This document shows positions 1 to 9,727 of a stretch of 57,110 bases of DNA, piece after piece. Position 1 is the first letter of the stretch, and each line of letters starts with the position of its first letter. A program made the translations under genes and the position numbers. The notes under the pieces were generated by a model. The model ran no database searches and had not been told where the DNA came from. It saw only the letters and a program-made list of their open reading frames with translations. This DNA is from Elusimicrobiota bacterium (GTDB lineage: Bacteria > Elusimicrobiota > Elusimicrobia > F11): contig JBJXGI010000063.1 in NCBI GenBank assembly GCA_046153645.1, positions 1 through 57,110 on the forward strand. The letters run 5' to 3'.

Positions 1-1
1 A

Positions 2-1963
2 AGAATAAACCATTCGGACAAAAAGGCGGTGTTTTAAGAACCGCGCTCTTGTCACACGGTCTTCATCTCTGGCACCATACACGTCAATCCAAAAGTGAAG
101 GAGCGCGTGAATGAAAATGTAACCAAAAGCACCCGGCAATCCAAAAGATAAGATAGCGACAAACCGGAGCGCTTCTTCTAAAAGCGGCATCACAAAACCA
201 GAAACTGTTCCCTTATTTTCTGGTTTCCCATCTAATTTTTCTGCTCCAAAATCGCGCACGCCGAGATCAAGAGTGTCAATGGGATGTGACAAAGGAATCT
301 TTTTGATACCTAATCTTTTGAGATACTTCAAAAAGCGAAGAACACGTGTCAATCGACTCAATGGCTTTACTGTGCCACCAAGTTCTTTGATGAGTGCTGC
401 TTTAAAAGCAATGTCCACACGGTGAACTGTTGGGGCGCCGATCAACTCATTTTCATTAACTAAAGAAATTTTTTCTCCCGAGACCATTTTCTCAATGGGT
501 GTGTGTTCACGAGAAAAAGTAGAAAGGTAATCAAGAGTTGACCCAGACTCTAACGAACTGACTTGTGGTTTTATGACCATGGCTGAGAGGCCGCTTTTTT
601 TAAGTTTAAGGAGAACCTCTTCTGTATGAAACCCACCAGCAACCAAAATTACCCGGACTCCGTCCCGGTTTAATGCCAATACACGTTCAGCCATTTTTTG
701 GCTGCGAATGTCGACATATGAATAAAAGAGTTCAAAGGAAGACAATAAAGAGGGAAGATTCCCGGAAACGGGCTTAAGCGTCTTATAACGCGCCCATTCT
801 GATGGTGTAAGCGAATAATTGTGAAGCTTTTCCGACAAAATTAAACTTTTATCTTCAACTGCCCATTTATTTTCTTGTTCATTTTTGGCGAGAGCCAGGA
901 TAACACGCTCTTCAAATTGGTCAACAGCATTTAATATATCAGTCATATTTAACTCTTTGGATTTCTGCACATAAGCTAAATAAGAGTTAAATCGCGGCGA
1001 ATGGGAAAGGTTGATGTTATTTTTTGATAAAAGCTCAGTTAAAATTTTATAGAAGTCAGCGGTGACTATTTTTTTATTTTTGAGCGCCTCTGTTAAAGAA
1101 AACAAATCGTGCTGACCTGTTTCATCTAACTTTTCCATCAAACGAGTCATTAATATTTTCTTTTCTTTCTCAATAATTTCAAATTGAAGAGCCCGTTCTT
1201 CTTCACAAAGAGCCAAAAACTGAGTTAACTGGTCTCCGGGTGCCAAGGCTACTTTTTTTCCTATTTGTGACAACTCCGACATGTATTGTTCCAGTTTATT
1301 TTTCCCCATCGAATAATCGCTGCGCAGAAAAAGTGCTTTTAAAAGAGTGGCATTCTCTGTTGCCAAGAGATGATGATCAAGCTGGGCGCGAGCGGTTTTT
1401 ATTTCTTCCGATACTTTTTCGCGGTTTGATACTGACTGAAGATAAGCTTCAACATTTTTTCTATAGGCAAGGGCGTCATCAACACCTTTAAAGACGGGCA
1501 GAGGCGCTGGCAAAGTAAGCCCTGCATAAGAAACCCCAGAGATATATTTGTTATTGAGAAATTGCTTCGCCAGTTTTTTAGTCACAGACATATTCGGTGT
1601 CCAGCGAAATGGTGAGAAATTGAAAAAACCGTCCGCCCCTTCCACAGCAACAACGAATTCATGAGGTTTGGCGGGGTGAAGAAATCGACGGAGAGTATCG
1701 GCTATAAAAAGCTGGGCTTCTGTGTGACCATGAATATCTTGGAGGAAAATAACATCAACTTTCGAAGTCAAAGGTGCATGCGAAGGATTGATGATTCTGT
1801 CCTTTGGGCGAGTGTTTTTTCTCCGTTCTTCCCAAATACTTTTTTCTACTGAGTGAGCAAACAGCGCCTGAGTAAAAAAAATAGACATGGATAAAAGCAC
1901 GGCCATGCTTTTAAATAAAAAACCTCGAAAATACGATATCCATGAATGCGGTTTCATTATCAT
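2..1963 (-). CDS. N-terminal part of a large secreted or membrane protein, running off the window edge; ChaN/EreA/TraB-like N-terminal domain
   Basis: Missing from the ORF track because it has no stop in the window. Hand translation from ATG 1963 gives MIMKPHSW...TQALFAHSVEKSIWEERR (signal peptide), then IFLQDIHGHTEAQ, VAVEGADG and ILVAGGFH, with PLLEEALRF near the edge. Frame was checked at several points. Confidence 0.8.
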   Translation of the reverse strand, partial: MIMKPHSWISYFRGFLFKSMAVLLSMSIFFTQALFAHSVEKSIWEERRKNTRPKDRIINPSHAPLTSKVDVIFLQDIHGHTEAQLFIADTLRRFLHPAKPHEFVVAVEGADGFFNFSPFRWTPNMSVTKKLAKQFLNNKYISGVSYAGLTLPAPLPVFKGVDDALAYRKNVEAYLQSVSNREKVSEEIKTARAQLDHHLLATENATLLKALFLRSDYSMGKNKLEQYMSELSQIGKKVALAPGDQLTQFLALCEEERALQFEIIEKEKKILMTRLMEKLDETGQHDLFSLTEALKNKKIVTADFYKILTELLSKNNINLSHSPRFNSYLAYVQKSKELNMTDILNAVDQFEERVILALAKNEQENKWAVEDKSLILSEKLHNYSLTPSEWARYKTLKPVSGNLPSLLSSFELFYSYVDIRSQKMAERVLALNRDGVRVILVAGGFHTEEVLLKLKKSGLSAMVIKPQVSSLESGSTLDYLSTFSREHTPIEKMVSGEKISLVNENELIGAPTVHRVDIAFKAALIKELGGTVKPLSRLTRVLRFLKYLKRLGIKKIPLSHPIDTLDLGVRDFGAEKLDGKPENKGTVSGFVMPLLEEALRFVAILSFGLPGAFGYIFIHALLHFWIDVYGARDEDRVTRARFLKHRLFVRMVYS

Positions 1964-2115
1964 TAAATATTATTGATTTGATCTTAAATTGACATGAATA
2001 ACCTGTAAATTTCTTGTAACAAAGTTGAGAGCCCGTCGCGAAATGAAACGCTGCCTTTCAATTCTCTTTGAATTGTCCTTCCAATGTCACAGCTTCTCTG
2101 TAAACTACAACCATT

Positions 2116-2235
2116 ATGGATATGACAGATTTACCCGTTATACATGGACACCGTAAGTGGAGAAAGTTTTTTCTTCTTGGAATTGTTGTAATGGGAAGTT
2201 TGGTGGCTACCGCCGCTTTTTGGGTGCATCACTAA
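2116..2235 (+). CDS. 39-aa single-pass membrane small protein
   Basis: MDMTDLPVIHGHRKWRKFFLLGIVVMGSLVATAAFWVHH*: a basic patch followed by a hydrophobic helix. It fills the gap before the ABC genes and has TAAACT upstream. Confidence 0.5.
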   Translation: MDMTDLPVIHGHRKWRKFFLLGIVVMGSLVATAAFWVHH

Positions 2236-2280
2236 TAATCTCATTGTAAACACACTTCAAAATTAAGACAATCTCACCCT

Positions 2281-3051
2281 ATGGAAGAAGCGCCTATCGT
2301 ACTTGAGGTAAAAAACCTTTCAAAATCATATGGAACAGGGTCTCGAAAAAGACTGATTCTCGATAATATTTCCTTCCAAATTCCCCTTGGAAAAATTTGT
2401 TGCTTATTAGGCCCCAATGGATCAGGAAAAACAACTCTTCTTAAAATTCTAGCCGGTCTTATTGAACCCGATTCTGGATCAATTGCGATTCAAGGAATGA
2501 GTCCCACTGAAAACCCTCTCAAATGTCGCGCTCATGTGGGCTGGATGCCAGCTGAAGAGCGCAGCGGTTTTTACGGTCGGTTAACAGGAAGAGAAAACCT
2601 CAATTTTTTTGGAACATTACAGGGTTTAGATCAAGCGCATATGGATAGAGCCATTGGAAACTTAGCCCTTCAGCTTGATATGACTGAAGAATTAGACCGG
2701 ACATTGCTTCACGTTTCTTCTGGCATTAAACAAAAAGTAGGTCTTATTCGCTCCATGCTCCATGAGCCTTCCATTGTTCTGATGGACGAACCAGGAAGAA
2801 ATCTTGATCCGCATACATTGATTCGACTGCGCCGTTTGATTAAAAACCATCTAGCTAAAATTCAGAGTAAAACAATCCTTCTTTCAACCCATTTATTAGA
2901 GGAAGCCAAAAAAACAGCCGATATGATTCTTATTTTAAACCAGGGAAAAATCGTCCGAAATATTAATATTGACGATCTTGAAACAGAACTAAAAACATCT
3001 TCTGTCGAGGATTTTTATATGAAAACCATCGATGAACAAAAAAAACCATGA
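2281..3051 (+). CDS. ABC transporter ATP-binding protein (ABC-2/CcmA type)
   Basis: Walker A GPNGSGKT, signature VSSGIKQK, Walker B VLMDEP, H-loop STH. Confidence 0.95.
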   Translation: MEEAPIVLEVKNLSKSYGTGSRKRLILDNISFQIPLGKICCLLGPNGSGKTTLLKILAGLIEPDSGSIAIQGMSPTENPLKCRAHVGWMPAEERSGFYGRLTGRENLNFFGTLQGLDQAHMDRAIGNLALQLDMTEELDRTLLHVSSGIKQKVGLIRSMLHEPSIVLMDEPGRNLDPHTLIRLRRLIKNHLAKIQSKTILLSTHLLEEAKKTADMILILNQGKIVRNINIDDLETELKTSSVEDFYMKTIDEQKKP

Positions 3052-3857
3052 TATCCCGCATACTAAAAGCATTTTTTATTCGAGATTTTAAGCAAGCCAT
3101 CAGTTACCGTTTTGCTTTTGTATTGGATGTAACAAGAATTGTTTTTAGTGCTGCTACTTTCTATTTTGTGGCCAAATTGTTTTCTGATAATGGGTCTGAT
3201 TCTCTTAAAAATTTGACGGGCGGTTATTTTCCATTCGTTTTAATTGGGATCGCTTTTTCAACCTATCAATCCGTCGGTCTCAATTCTTTTGCACAGTCCC
3301 TCCGACAAGAACAATACCTTGGAACATTAGAATCGGTCTTGGTCACTCCTATTCGAATTCCCACTTTCTTAGCCGGCTCAGCTTTATGGGACTTTTTCTA
3401 TGCTTCAATCCAAGTGGTTATTTATTTTATTGTGGCTTTTTCCGCTTTTGGATTAGAACTTCCGCATGTCAATATTCTTCCGCTTATAATCTCTTTGGTT
3501 TTAACCCTTACTTCTTTTATGGGATTGGGAATTTTGGCCGCTGCATTTATTCTTGTTTTTAAGAGAGGGAATCCCATTACCTGGGCGATAGCAACAGCCG
3601 GAGAGCTTTTCGGGGGCGTTTATTTTCCAACTCACATACTTCCCGATTGGATGAAATCTGTTTCAGAATGGATTCCAATGACACATGCCCTTCAAGCGTT
3701 ACGACAAAGCCTCATTAATGGCGCTTCTCTGGGGGATATTCAAGAGCATCTGGTTTACCTTATATTTTTTACACTTCTCGTCTGGCCTGCAGGGATATTT
3801 GCTTTTCACTTTTCTCTTCAGCATTCGCAAAAAGACGGATCTTTGAGTCACTATTAA
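3048..3857 (+). CDS. ABC-2 type exporter permease
   Basis: About six TM helices, EQYLGTLESVLVTP and FGGVYFP..LPDW motifs, ATGA overlap with the ATPase gene. Confidence 0.9.
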   Translation: MISRILKAFFIRDFKQAISYRFAFVLDVTRIVFSAATFYFVAKLFSDNGSDSLKNLTGGYFPFVLIGIAFSTYQSVGLNSFAQSLRQEQYLGTLESVLVTPIRIPTFLAGSALWDFFYASIQVVIYFIVAFSAFGLELPHVNILPLIISLVLTLTSFMGLGILAAAFILVFKRGNPITWAIATAGELFGGVYFPTHILPDWMKSVSEWIPMTHALQALRQSLINGASLGDIQEHLVYLIFFTLLVWPAGIFAFHFSLQHSQKDGSLSHY

Positions 3858-3865
3858 AAAAATTC

Positions 3866-3988
3866 CAAATACCAAATAATAAAATCCAAACAAACTTAAA
3901 ATTTCAAAATAATCAACTGTGGCAAATATATTTGCGTTTTAATTTTTTATTTTTTTCTGTTTGTTTGGATTTTATTATTTGGTATTTG
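3866..3988. repeat. Perfect 30-bp inverted repeat built from heptamer units, 63-bp spacer
   Basis: CAAATACCAAATAATAAAATCCAAACAAAC (3866-3895) and its exact reverse complement (3959-3988), lying between convergent genes. Confidence 0.9.
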
Positions 3989-3992
3989 ATAT

Positions 3993-6017
3993 TTATTTTG
4001 TTTGCATTTCAAAAACCCCATCCCAGCCCGCATGCGGAGGGCGAGTCATAAAAGACCGCGCTCGTTCCAAATATACTCTCGTCACGTGATCATTGGGCAG
4101 ATACTCAAACACTGTTTGAAAAACTTGAATAGCATCTTCAAACTGTCCTTGTCGATAAAGAGCCAAGGCTTGATGATACCTTTTGCGGCCCTCAACAATA
4201 TCTTCCGTCATTTCTCCCTTCTTACAAATAACTTCAAATACTTTCTTTGGATCTTTTTTCCCTTTCACTCGAATGAGATCCAAATCTCGCGCTTCAATTT
4301 CATCTTTGGCTTTTTCAAATGTCCCTTCAGAAATCATGATGCGCGTGTGATATTGTTTATTGGCTCCTTCTAAACGAGAAGCCAAATTCACCGGGTCTCC
4401 CATCACCGTGTAATCGAATCGCTCACTGGAACCCATGTTTCCCACAACCACAACACCAGTATTTATTCCCACACGACAATCAATACTAGGCAATCCTTTT
4501 TCATGAAAGCGTCGGTTGATATCGGGCAATATAGAAATACATTCTAAAGCGGCCTGACAGGCTTGAGCCGCGTGTCGAGGTTGATCTGCCGGAGCGTTCC
4601 AAAAAGCCATAATACAGTCGCCAATATATTTATTGATAAGGCCATCGTGTTTCAAAATAATATTTGAAAAATCTGTTAAACAATAATTCATCACTTCAAC
4701 CAACTGAGATGGTTTTAAGGCTTCGGACATCGTTGTGAAACCCGCGATATCGAGAAAAAAGATGGTCACTTCACGCTCTTCCCCTCCTAATTTTAGTTTC
4801 CCAGGATCTTTGGTGATAACATCAATAATTTTTGGGGATAAGTATTGTTTAAAACTTCCTTTAATTTTTCTTTTTTCTCGTTCTTCAATAACCAACCGAT
4901 AAAACAGAACTCCACCATAACTGACAACCATCAAAAGTAAAGGTGTAAACAAAGGGATAAGGATGAATTTTTTATTGAATAAAACCTGAGCAACAACCAC
5001 CTGTAAAACCAAACCTCCGATAAATAACAACAGTTTCCCCCAAGTAGGAAAACGCGTTAACAAAAACGCAAACAGAAGGCCCAACAACAAAATATATCCC
5101 AGAGAAGATTCTACGGAGATTTCTTTAATATAGTTTTTTGCTATTAAATTATCGATTATATTTGCGTGAATCATCACCCCCGGGTGAATAGAAATATAAG
5201 GGATGGCCTTCAAATCAAAAAGGGCTGCGGCCGTCACACCCACAAAAACAATTTTATTTTTAAAATATTTATCTAAATCTATTCGATTGTCTATGATGTC
5301 GGCGTAAGAATATGTTGGGTAGGGAAACCCCGTGGGAGAATAACGTGGATCGGCGAAATTAATCACCAAACTATTTTCGAACTCATGAGAATCGGGACGA
5401 AATTTAATAGGCAAAGCAGTCTGTAATTCTGCGAAAGATTTTCCTTGTGCAACCCCCAACGTTTCGACAGCAAAGGAAGGAAAAGCATCTTCGCCAGAAA
5501 TGGCAAAGAGTTTGGCGCGCCTGGTAATTCCATCAGAGTCAGGATCTAGATTAACAAAACCAATTCGTGAGTTTTCATTGAGACTCTCATATGGAAATAA
5601 CGGATCACTCGCATTAATTTCTGAAATACCGGATTTGAAAAAGAAAGCCTGAACGGAAATGCCCGTGTCTTGTGCAGCAGAAGCCAAAACTTGATCTGAA
5701 GTTGGATTTTCATCATCTTTTTCAGTAAACAAAGTATCAAAGGCCACAACTTTTGCGCCCGTTTTAGCCAATTTTCGAATTAATTCTCCATGAATCTTTC
5801 GAGGCCAAGGCCAGCGTCCCAGTTTAGCGATGGACTCTTCATCAATATTGATAACAACAATATCGGAATTAACAGGGCGTTCCCCTCGCCATTTAAATCT
5901 AAAATCCGCCGATTTATGTTCCAAGGCTTCAAACACACCTTTGATGGAAAGGAATAAAACAAATAAGGTCAGTAAAGCGCAAATAAAAAAACTTTTTGAC
6001 GAATGAGACTTGAGCAT
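3993..6017 (-). CDS. CHASE2-domain class III adenylate cyclase with C-terminal TPR-like helices
   Basis: CHASE2 motifs (LGRWPWPR, DPDSDGITRR, PGVMIHA), three TM helices, cyclase motifs FLDIAGFT, KYIGDCIMA and TVMGDPVNLASRLEG. Confidence 0.95.
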   Translation of the reverse strand: MLKSHSSKSFFICALLTLFVLFLSIKGVFEALEHKSADFRFKWRGERPVNSDIVVINIDEESIAKLGRWPWPRKIHGELIRKLAKTGAKVVAFDTLFTEKDDENPTSDQVLASAAQDTGISVQAFFFKSGISEINASDPLFPYESLNENSRIGFVNLDPDSDGITRRAKLFAISGEDAFPSFAVETLGVAQGKSFAELQTALPIKFRPDSHEFENSLVINFADPRYSPTGFPYPTYSYADIIDNRIDLDKYFKNKIVFVGVTAAALFDLKAIPYISIHPGVMIHANIIDNLIAKNYIKEISVESSLGYILLLGLLFAFLLTRFPTWGKLLLFIGGLVLQVVVAQVLFNKKFILIPLFTPLLLMVVSYGGVLFYRLVIEEREKRKIKGSFKQYLSPKIIDVITKDPGKLKLGGEEREVTIFFLDIAGFTTMSEALKPSQLVEVMNYCLTDFSNIILKHDGLINKYIGDCIMAFWNAPADQPRHAAQACQAALECISILPDINRRFHEKGLPSIDCRVGINTGVVVVGNMGSSERFDYTVMGDPVNLASRLEGANKQYHTRIMISEGTFEKAKDEIEARDLDLIRVKGKKDPKKVFEVICKKGEMTEDIVEGRKRYHQALALYRQGQFEDAIQVFQTVFEYLPNDHVTRVYLERARSFMTRPPHAGWDGVFEMQTK

Positions 6018-6091
6018 AGGCCTCCGTGGATTAATACCTCTTAAGAGATGCCATAAGTTTATTGTTTTTTCAATCGCAAATTAAAAGAATC

Positions 6092-6628
6092 CTACTTAAA
6101 CAAAGATCCTGTCATCAGTTGGATAAGAATGGGTCCCATTAAAATAATAATAACGGAAGGAACAATGAACAAAAATAAGGGCAAAAGCATTTTTAATGAA
6201 ATAAGTTGAATTTCTTTTTCAGTATGAATAAAACGCTCCATTCTCATTTGAGAGGCCATTTCATTCAAAATAAGCTCAACCGAGCTTCCGCGTTCTAACG
6301 CATGAACAATCAGCAAACAAACGACCCCAAAAGTCTGACCTTCAAATTTTACAGCTTGTTGTTTTAATATGTCGGCTCGAGTTTGTGTTCGATCTGAAGA
6401 CAACTCAATATGATCAAGCATTTTTTTTAGTGGGGATTCGACTAGATATTGACTGGCCTCTTTCCAAGCTTTATCGATATTGAACCCTGCCCATAAACCC
6501 ATTGATAACAATTCCAGAAAGAATGGCAGTTCTTGATCAATTTTTTCCCTCTGAATTTTTGTTTTATGCCGCAAATAAACAAATCTGAATGAAAAAATAA
6601 ATATGATGATGGTAAAAACCAATATCAT
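6092..6628 (-). CDS. tadC: Tad pilus inner-membrane platform protein TadC (T2SSF domain)
   Basis: ELPFFLELLSMGLWAG and KMLLPLFLFIVP motifs; follows tadB. Confidence 0.85.
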   Translation of the reverse strand: MILVFTIIIFIFSFRFVYLRHKTKIQREKIDQELPFFLELLSMGLWAGFNIDKAWKEASQYLVESPLKKMLDHIELSSDRTQTRADILKQQAVKFEGQTFGVVCLLIVHALERGSSVELILNEMASQMRMERFIHTEKEIQLISLKMLLPLFLFIVPSVIIILMGPILIQLMTGSLFK

Positions 6629-7278
6629 TCAAGTCGCCCCAACTTCTGAACAAATATGAGTCCAATGAGCGACAACACCAAAGATAAAAATAACAGGACT
6701 CGCCCCAACAACGTCTTAAATAAAGGTTCTAAATATTCGGGATAAAAAAATGAAAATAAAATAAAGAAAATAAACGGAATGACCCCAATAATCCAGGCTG
6801 AAACTCGAGTTTGAGCAGAAAGGGCTTGGGCTTTTTGAACAAAATGTTCTTTCTGTTTTACAGCGTTAATAAAAGAATTAATTTTTGATGAAACAGGAGC
6901 TCCGGAAACATAAGAGTAATTTAAAAACGCTCTTATCATTTGATTTTCATGCCCCTTAAATAAACACTGAATTTGTTCTTTCATATTATTTACTTCTACG
7001 CTTTTAACACGTTGCAATAAATCACTTTTCAATGGGTGAGGCGCATATTCGACATAATCTCTTAACGACTGTGCCAGAGAAGCGCCACTTTTTAAACTTA
7101 ACACCAAAAAACTTAAATGTTTTTTTTGTTGAAGCACCATCAACTTCTTTACCCCTTTTCTCTGGAAGAACTTCAATGCTTGTTGAAAGCACTTTTTTAT
7201 CTTTTCTTCATACAACATAACCTCCACCCCTATGAGGAAAAGTGAAAAACCATAAACAAAAATAATGAAAATGAACAT
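6625..7278 (-). CDS. tadB: Tad pilus platform protein TadB
   Basis: SLKSGASLAQSL, ALSAQTRVSAWII and PEYLEPLF..LLGR motifs. Confidence 0.85.
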   Translation of the reverse strand: MFIFIIFVYGFSLFLIGVEVMLYEEKIKKCFQQALKFFQRKGVKKLMVLQQKKHLSFLVLSLKSGASLAQSLRDYVEYAPHPLKSDLLQRVKSVEVNNMKEQIQCLFKGHENQMIRAFLNYSYVSGAPVSSKINSFINAVKQKEHFVQKAQALSAQTRVSAWIIGVIPFIFFILFSFFYPEYLEPLFKTLLGRVLLFLSLVLSLIGLIFVQKLGRLE

Positions 7279-7281
7279 GGC

Positions 7282-8232
7282 TTAATTGAGACGGCTTATA
7301 ACTTTAAAATTTAAAGTTTCTTTATCCACGTCGGCTATTTCTTTTAGTTTTCTTATTCCACCGACCCTTTCCATATAAATCACCACATCAAAAGCGGAAA
7401 TAATTTGTTGTCTTACCACTGAAATCGGCCATTTCGGAGACGCCATGGAAAGCAATACTTCTAAACGATAAAGAGCTTCTTGGGCTGAATTGGCATGCAA
7501 GGTTGTCATAGATCCCTTATGCCCCGTATTCATCGCTTGAATAAGAGGTAATACTTCCTCCCCCCTACACTCACCCATCAAAATTCGATCCGGCCTCATT
7601 CGAAGGCAATTAATGACCAAATCCTTCATGGAAATTTCGCCTTGCCCTTCAGTATTTTTTAAACGGGTTTCCATTCGGACAACATGAGGCTTTTGAATAT
7701 TAAGCTCAGCGGTATCTTCAAGAGTTAGAATTCGTTCATCTTCATTTACAAGTTGAGAAATAACATTCATAAGCGTTGTTTTCCCCGAACCGGTATTTCC
7801 ACAAATAAGAATATTACTCCTATTGTGAATAACATTTTCCAGTAAAACGGTGTGCTCAGGAGAAATGCTCTTCACGTAAACGAGATCATTTAAAGAATGA
7901 AAATTTTGAGTGAATTTACGAATGGTTAAGATAGGACCATCAATAGCAACAGGAGGAAGGACAATATGAACTCGAGAGCCGTCCGGAAGACGCGTATCAC
8001 AAAAAGGAGCCGCAATATCTACCCGACGATTTCCATGAGAGACGATTTGATCAATAACAGATTTCAGATGATTTTCAGAATCAAAGCTTTCCGTTGCTTT
8101 AATCACTTGACCCATTTTTTCAATGAAAATATGGTTAAACTTAATAACCATAATTTCCTGGACCATCGAATCATTTAAAAAACCACGAAGAGGGCCGAGA
8201 ATACCAGACAACACATCACTTTGAGCTAACAT
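7282..8232 (-). CDS. cpaF: CpaF/TadA pilus assembly ATPase (short, lacks the usual N-terminal extension)
   Basis: DTRLPDGSRV, GNTGSGKTT, LRMRPDRILMGECRG and AMNTGHKGSMTTLHANS motifs. Confidence 0.95.
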   Translation of the reverse strand: MLAQSDVLSGILGPLRGFLNDSMVQEIMVIKFNHIFIEKMGQVIKATESFDSENHLKSVIDQIVSHGNRRVDIAAPFCDTRLPDGSRVHIVLPPVAIDGPILTIRKFTQNFHSLNDLVYVKSISPEHTVLLENVIHNRSNILICGNTGSGKTTLMNVISQLVNEDERILTLEDTAELNIQKPHVVRMETRLKNTEGQGEISMKDLVINCLRMRPDRILMGECRGEEVLPLIQAMNTGHKGSMTTLHANSAQEALYRLEVLLSMASPKWPISVVRQQIISAFDVVIYMERVGGIRKLKEIADVDKETLNFKVISRLN

Positions 8233-8281
8233 AACTTCCTCCTATAACAGATAATAAGGAGGGGTTATTTTTGGAGAGGAT

Positions 8282-8620
8282 CTAATTTGAAGGGGTTTCT
8301 AAATTTGATTCTTGAACTTTTTTATTTTTTTCAGCAACAACAGAAACACTATAATCAGCGGCTTTTAAATTCAAGGTGATTTCAGCGTCAATTTTTTCAA
8401 TCCAACGTTTAAAATAAAAAATGCCACCGCCAATCAACAAAAGAAAAACCAACCAAAAACCCATACTGGGCCGAACATAAAGCTGCCAAAGCGGAACCTT
8501 TGGCTTGGCAAACATCACTTTAAAACAGGAAAGACAACAATACGCTCGAAGAGGGTTTTTAGCACCACAATGGGGACAAATAATTTCTTGTTTAGGGTCA
8601 ACCGAATATTTATCCATCAA
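8282..8620 (-). CDS. Zinc-ribbon membrane protein
   Basis: CPHCG...CLSC followed by one TM helix. Confidence 0.7.
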   Translation of the reverse strand: MMDKYSVDPKQEIICPHCGAKNPLRAYCCLSCFKVMFAKPKVPLWQLYVRPSMGFWLVFLLLIGGGIFYFKRWIEKIDAEITLNLKAADYSVSVVAEKNKKVQESNLETPSN

Positions 8621-8622
8621 TG

Positions 8623-9375
8623 TTATATTCCTTGAATTATATTTTTTACACTCACAGAATTTAAATGCCCTTGATCTTTTTCTATAGGTGAAGCCAGTAA
8701 GATTGTAACATTACCAATACTTTGCGCCAACGCCAATCGAGGCCCTTTTTCCAGGGGTGCCATAACAGTGACATAATAATTTTCTTTTTCAAAGTATTCA
8801 GCTGAATGATTTTTTGTTTTTCCGCCCCCCCATACTTCTTGATCTACAGCCAAAACAGAAACATTCGACAACATAGGAACAGCCTTGTCTTCAAATGTCC
8901 AAATCAAATGAATTAAGTCGCCGGGTTTCAATAATCCGGCCAAGGATGCTTCACGCGAACATCGAAATGTCATAGCGATAAAACCTTCTTCTAGGTTCCA
9001 GGCCAAGCCCAGATCCGAAGCGCCTCCTTTTAATTTTTTCAGATAAATAATTTCGCCTTTTAATAAAGGTATACCAACTCGATACCTCCAATCACCAATT
9101 TTATTTTTTAAGTCTTCAATAGAAGACAGTCGCTGATAATCATGATTCGATATAAAAACCTCTTTTTCCTCAATCATATCAGGGATCACAATTTGACCCA
9201 CCTCTAAATCCTTCTTGGCAACGAATACCTTCTGAGATTTCAAATTTTGTTTTAATGAAGACTCTGTTTTTGATAAATATCGGTAAGATAAACTCATTGC
9301 ACCCATTGCCAAAAATATACCGAGCAAAAGATTTTTATTTTTATAATTTAATTTCATCCTGATGTTCCTCCTCAA
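8623..9375 (-). CDS. cpaB: Flp pilus assembly protein CpaB/RcpC
   Basis: N-terminal TM, SAF-like VFVAKKDL, and LAGLLKPGDLIHL...NVSVLAVD. Confidence 0.85.
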   Translation of the reverse strand: MRRNIRMKLNYKNKNLLLGIFLAMGAMSLSYRYLSKTESSLKQNLKSQKVFVAKKDLEVGQIVIPDMIEEKEVFISNHDYQRLSSIEDLKNKIGDWRYRVGIPLLKGEIIYLKKLKGGASDLGLAWNLEEGFIAMTFRCSREASLAGLLKPGDLIHLIWTFEDKAVPMLSNVSVLAVDQEVWGGGKTKNHSAEYFEKENYYVTVMAPLEKGPRLALAQSIGNVTILLASPIEKDQGHLNSVSVKNIIQGI

Positions 9376-9727
9376 TAATTAATGATTCTTCTAATGGCAT
9401 ATTTTTTATAAGCGCTTTAATTTTGATCTCGTAAAGCTCAAAAAATAATGCTGAGGGAAATTTTGTAAACCGATGTATAGAGATGTCTTTAAGAAGTTTT
9501 CCATAACCTGATGTTTCCTGAAAATATTTCCTTAAAGCAAGCGCTGCTTCATTCTCATTAATATTTTCTTTCGCGACCAATTTAGCACCTATCCTCGCCG
9601 CCGATATCATATGGAGCCGCAATTGTTGAATCTCTAGCAGTCCAATCATAGATATCAGAATAATGGGATACAAACTGATCATGAAAATAAATTCCACCAA
9701 TATTCCTCCACGTTCAATTTTGAACAC
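9341..9727 (-). CDS. TadE-like pseudopilin
   Basis: RG-GILVEF prepilin-like cleavage site, hydrophobic helix, SAARIGAK. Confidence 0.7.
   Translation of the reverse strand: MFKIERGGILVEFIFMISLYPIILISMIGLLEIQQLRLHMISAARIGAKLVAKENINENEAALALRKYFQETSGYGKLLKDISIHRFTKFPSALFFELYEIKIKALIKNMPLEESLIIEEEHQDEIKL

Noticed and set aside
1240..1852. Plus-strand ORFs of 83 and 63 aa
   Set aside because: Shadows of the long minus-strand gene. The other short ORFs nested in long genes were dismissed for the same reason.
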